From the NCBI GenBank assembly GCA_963841435.1, contig CAWJCS010000006.1, positions 832,001-896,000 of the forward strand: a DNA stretch of 64,000 nucleotides, given 5' to 3'. A program made the position numbers and the translations under genes. This document shows, one piece after another, positions 60,949-64,000 of this stretch (its first letter is position 1; the number at the start of each line of letters is the position of its first letter). The DNA is from an uncultured delta proteobacterium. GTDB lineage: Bacteria; Myxococcota_A; Polyangia; Polyangiales; Polyangiaceae. The notes beneath the pieces are model-generated. The model saw only the letters and a list, made by a program, of their open reading frames with translations. It was not told the origin of the DNA and searched no databases.

Positions 60949-63900
60949 CTACGACCTTCCTGCCCCCTCCAAATACGTACACAACGCATTCGCCAACCTC
61001 ATCTGCCTCGGCGTCCGGCACCGCACCCGCGCGAGCTCCGGGCTCGCCACCAAGACCACGAGCGCCTGCGCGCGTGACGTCGCGACATTCAGCCGATTCA
61101 GACTGTAGAGGAACTCCATCCCCCGCGGGGCGTCCTCGGCGCTGGAGCTGGTCATCGAGTAGATGACGATCGGCGCTTCCTGGCCTTGGAACTTGTCGAC
61201 CGTCCCCACCGCGACACCTCCGGGCAAACGCCGCCGCAGCGCCGCGACCTGCGCGTTGTAGGGCGCCACGACGAGCACGTCGCTCTCGGTAACGCCACGC
61301 TCCGCTCCGTGCCGACTTACCCACCGCGCGCCCGACCTCAGCAGCTCGTCGACCAATGCGCCGATCCGCTCCACCTCCTCGTCCGATCGGTTCGTGTTGC
61401 CCCGGTGCTCCACCGGGACGAAGCGCAGCCCGCTGCCGTTGAAGATGCCGGGGCCGAGAATGCGCTGGTTCTCGAGCCCCTCGATCGACCTCAGCCGCCC
61501 CTCGTAGAAAACGGCGGACGTGAACTCCCGGATGCTCGGATGGAGCCGCCTCGTTTCGGCCAGAAATACGCCACGATCGTCCGGCAGCGTGATCGAGTCG
61601 CCGAGCAGATGCTCGAGCGCGGAAACGTCCGCGCCGTCCGGGTGGACGCCCTTCTGCGGCTGGTCGAGCTGCGCCGGGTCACCGAACAGCACGAGATTCT
61701 TCGCCGAGAGCGACACCGCGAGCACGTTCGCGAGCGACATCTGGCTCGCCTCGTCCACCACGAGCACGTCAACCTGCCCCTTGAACTCCTCCCGGGACCA
61801 AACCCAAGCCGTGCCGCCGAGCAGCTGGATGTCGCCCGACGCGAGCTTCGTTCGTGCTTGATCGCGGTCCGTTTCGAGCTCGAAGTCCGGCGACGCCAGG
61901 TACTCCCCCTTGTCGCTGCCCGGGATGTGTGCGGCGCGGATCCCGATGCCTCTCTTTCGTCCGGCGTCGACCGCTTTGCTGAGGAGCGACGTGATCACCT
62001 TGTGACTGTTCGCCGTGACGCCGACACGCTTCCCTGCCTGGATGAGGGCGGCGATCATGTGCGCGGCGCGATGGGTCTTCCCAGACCCCGGCGGCCCTTG
62101 GACCGCGAGGACGGAGCCGTCCAGGCGGAGGGCCAGGCCGCAGATGGCCTCGACGGTGTCGGCGCCTTCTTGAACCAACGAAGCCCCCTCCCCCTGGCCG
62201 CATGACGGTGGTCTCCGCAGGAGCAGCTCCCGAGCAAGAACGCACTCCGAACGGTCGTGAAGCCCGCCTTCCGCGATCGAGGCACCGATCTCGAGCAGGC
62301 GAGCGCGCTGGTTCTTCGTCGGCGGCGGGCCGCCATCGATCAGGGCCGTGGGGTGCGGCGCCTTCGGGTTTCGCTTCATGTCGACGTACGTTCCGCCGAT
62401 CTCCACGACGGTGCCCGCTCCTTTTTTGGTGTCCGGGTCGATCAGCTCGTCACCCTTCCGAGCCGAATGTTCCTGCTCGGGGAACTGGTAGCGAAAGACC
62501 CGCGAGCGGTCCATTGCGCGTAGGTCCTCCGGGGAGTGCAGGCCGCCCAGTACCGCCCGATCGTCCACCCGCTCGTCACGCGGCAGCTCGAGCGTTCGGA
62601 AATACTCCCACCAGCTCGATTTCGCCTCGCGCCAGTGCCAGTCGAGAAGCCCGGCCAGCAGCCGCTTCGCGCGCTGCTCTCCGTCGTCATTCGACGAGTC
62701 CACGGGCAAGTCGGCGGTTAGGCGCGCAGCCACCCTTGCGGCGTCGTCGCTAGCTTGGTCGCCCTTATCGCCGTCGTCCTTGGGCTCCGGACGCGTGAGA
62801 GGACGGCCAAGGTCCCGCGAGAGCTCTGGACGGAGCCGCTCGAGCCATTCCCGGAGCTGCCACGTCGAGCGGCAATCGTCCTCGTTGTATTGGGCGATCG
62901 CCGCCGTCTGGTCCGCCTCCGTGCCGAGGTTCTCCCCGGTCTCGAGCCACCAGCAATGAAGCTGCATCGCTCTAGCCGCTGCGCGCCGCTCCACCCGGCG
63001 CTGAAACCCGTAGATCCGCTCGAGATCCTTGAGCGTGTACGCCTCCACGGAAGCCCGCACCGCTTGCTTGGCGACGCGATGCAGGTCGACCAGCACGTGC
63101 CGGCGCAAGAGCTGGTCGACCTGGTCCTCGCGCGTGTGGTGGCGGCAGGACAGTGTCTTGAGCGCGTCGTTCTCGCGGTGTCCGAAGTGATAGACATGCA
63201 GGTCGCGAAACTCGTCGAGGCCGCGCATGATCCGATCCATCACCCCCTCGAACGCGCGCTTCTCCTCGGCTCGGTTCTCCGCCCAGAACCCCAAGTAGTG
63301 GGGCTCGCCAGGCGCTTCTCGCGGGGTGAAATCGTCGGACGGCTCGCCGAGCTCCAGCAGCCCGAACAGGTACTCGAGCCCGTCGCCACGGACGAACGGA
63401 TCACCCTCGACGTCGAGAAACAGATCGCCGGGCGTCGGCTTCGGGAGGAGCTCGAGGCCCGTGCCCGGCTCGACCTCACGGAGCAGCTTGTGGATCGGCT
63501 GATCCTGTCCCCTGCCTCGCACTTGCAGTGCGGCCTGATCCTGGATCCGCTCGAAGGACTCCTTGCTGATCCCTTCCACCGCGGTAGTCGGCAACCGCTC
63601 GGCGAGCTCGACCACCCGCGACACGCCGGCAACGCCAAGCCTGTCGCGCTGCCGTCGCGTGATCCCCGCCACGAGCGAAAGGTGGTCGTCGGCGCGCCGC
63701 CGATCCTCGCAGCGCTTCCACCACGGGCAAACGTCACAGTGCTCGACCGGCTCCGGGTACGGCTCCGCGCGCGCCGCGTCCGCCGTGAACGCCTCGAGCC
63801 GCACCTTCATCTGGCGGTAGTACGCTATGTAGTCGGCGGTCCGATACGGCTGCGGCGTCGGGTCGTCGCCGGCCGGCACGATCCAGAAATGCTCGGGCGG

Positions 63901-63999
63901 GCGACCCTGTAGGCGACCGAGGTGGTCGGTATAGACGCAGAGCTGGAGCACGGCGCGCGCCTTCGTCTGCCGCGCGAACTTGGCGTCAACGACCTCGTA
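60949..63999 (-). CDS. TM0106-family RecB-like nuclease / RNase H-like / SF1 helicase, 5' end outside window
   Basis: VVDAK...QLCVY, HCDVCPWWKRC, FLDVEGDP...YNEDDC, GPPGSGKT, DEASQ, GDPAQL, APYNAQV, TVDKFQGQE, RLNVATSRA. Confidence 0.92.
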   Translation of the reverse strand, partial: YEVVDAKFARQTKARAVLQLCVYTDHLGRLQGRPPEHFWIVPAGDDPTPQPYRTADYIAYYRQMKVRLEAFTADAARAEPYPEPVEHCDVCPWWKRCEDRRRADDHLSLVAGITRRQRDRLGVAGVSRVVELAERLPTTAVEGISKESFERIQDQAALQVRGRGQDQPIHKLLREVEPGTGLELLPKPTPGDLFLDVEGDPFVRGDGLEYLFGLLELGEPSDDFTPREAPGEPHYLGFWAENRAEEKRAFEGVMDRIMRGLDEFRDLHVYHFGHRENDALKTLSCRHHTREDQVDQLLRRHVLVDLHRVAKQAVRASVEAYTLKDLERIYGFQRRVERRAAARAMQLHCWWLETGENLGTEADQTAAIAQYNEDDCRSTWQLREWLERLRPELSRDLGRPLTRPEPKDDGDKGDQASDDAARVAARLTADLPVDSSNDDGEQRAKRLLAGLLDWHWREAKSSWWEYFRTLELPRDERVDDRAVLGGLHSPEDLRAMDRSRVFRYQFPEQEHSARKGDELIDPDTKKGAGTVVEIGGTYVDMKRNPKAPHPTALIDGGPPPTKNQRARLLEIGASIAEGGLHDRSECVLARELLLRRPPSCGQGEGASLVQEGADTVEAICGLALRLDGSVLAVQGPPGSGKTHRAAHMIAALIQAGKRVGVTANSHKVITSLLSKAVDAGRKRGIGIRAAHIPGSDKGEYLASPDFELETDRDQARTKLASGDIQLLGGTAWVWSREEFKGQVDVLVVDEASQMSLANVLAVSLSAKNLVLFGDPAQLDQPQKGVHPDGADVSALEHLLGDSITLPDDRGVFLAETRRLHPSIREFTSAVFYEGRLRSIEGLENQRILGPGIFNGSGLRFVPVEHRGNTNRSDEEVERIGALVDELLRSGARWVSRHGAERGVTESDVLVVAPYNAQVAALRRRLPGGVAVGTVDKFQGQEAPIVIYSMTSSSAEDAPRGMEFLYSLNRLNVATSRAQALVVLVASPELARVRCRTPRQMRLANALCTYLEGAGRS

Positions 64000-64000
64000 C

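Larger units (their letters stand above)
51190..64000. mobile_element. Putative tRNA-Gly-integrated genomic island (right end outside window)
   Basis: Orientation of the att fragment; IS21, IS3 and AP2 remnants and defence-type genes lie to its right; no integrase seen in window. Confidence 0.6.

Noticed and set aside
60944-61324. N-terminal extension of the SIR2 ORF shown in the ORF track
   Set aside because: Overlaps the helicase C-terminus in another frame; the family motif begins right after Met at 60943

Overview
High-GC window with strong myxobacterial character (Gly-rich lipoproteins, a MYXO-CTERM tail, AgmX/PglI, DUF1592/DUF1552). Positions ~1-48.7 kb hold mostly secreted lipoproteins with long Gly/Ala/Ser linkers, many resembling xylan-debranching enzymes (GH67, GH54 x2, GH30, four esterases, two SGNH-like). 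This part also has a HAAT-type ABC importer, a porin and an ECF sigma/anti-sigma pair. A bipartite motif TGATCGA-N12-NTCGCAT occurs five times, always upstream of genes and including the sigma gene itself, so it is a likely promoter of that ECF regulon. From ~48.7 kb the window is accessory DNA: transposase remnants, hicBA and a 3' fragment of tRNA-Gly(GCC) at 51190-51235 marking the edge of an island that runs off the right end. The island carries a complete IS21 (5-bp target duplication) and a closely coupled TM0106-family nuclease-helicase plus SIR2-like gene pair, the best candidate for an undescribed defence system. A second candidate is a small membrane protein plus a TPR/tandem nucleoside-deoxyribosyltransferase-like gene at 10.5-13.2 kb. 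Many genes carry single-base frameshifts that look like sequencing artefacts. No rRNA, intact tRNA or CRISPR array was seen. All family calls come from motif recognition, not database searches.
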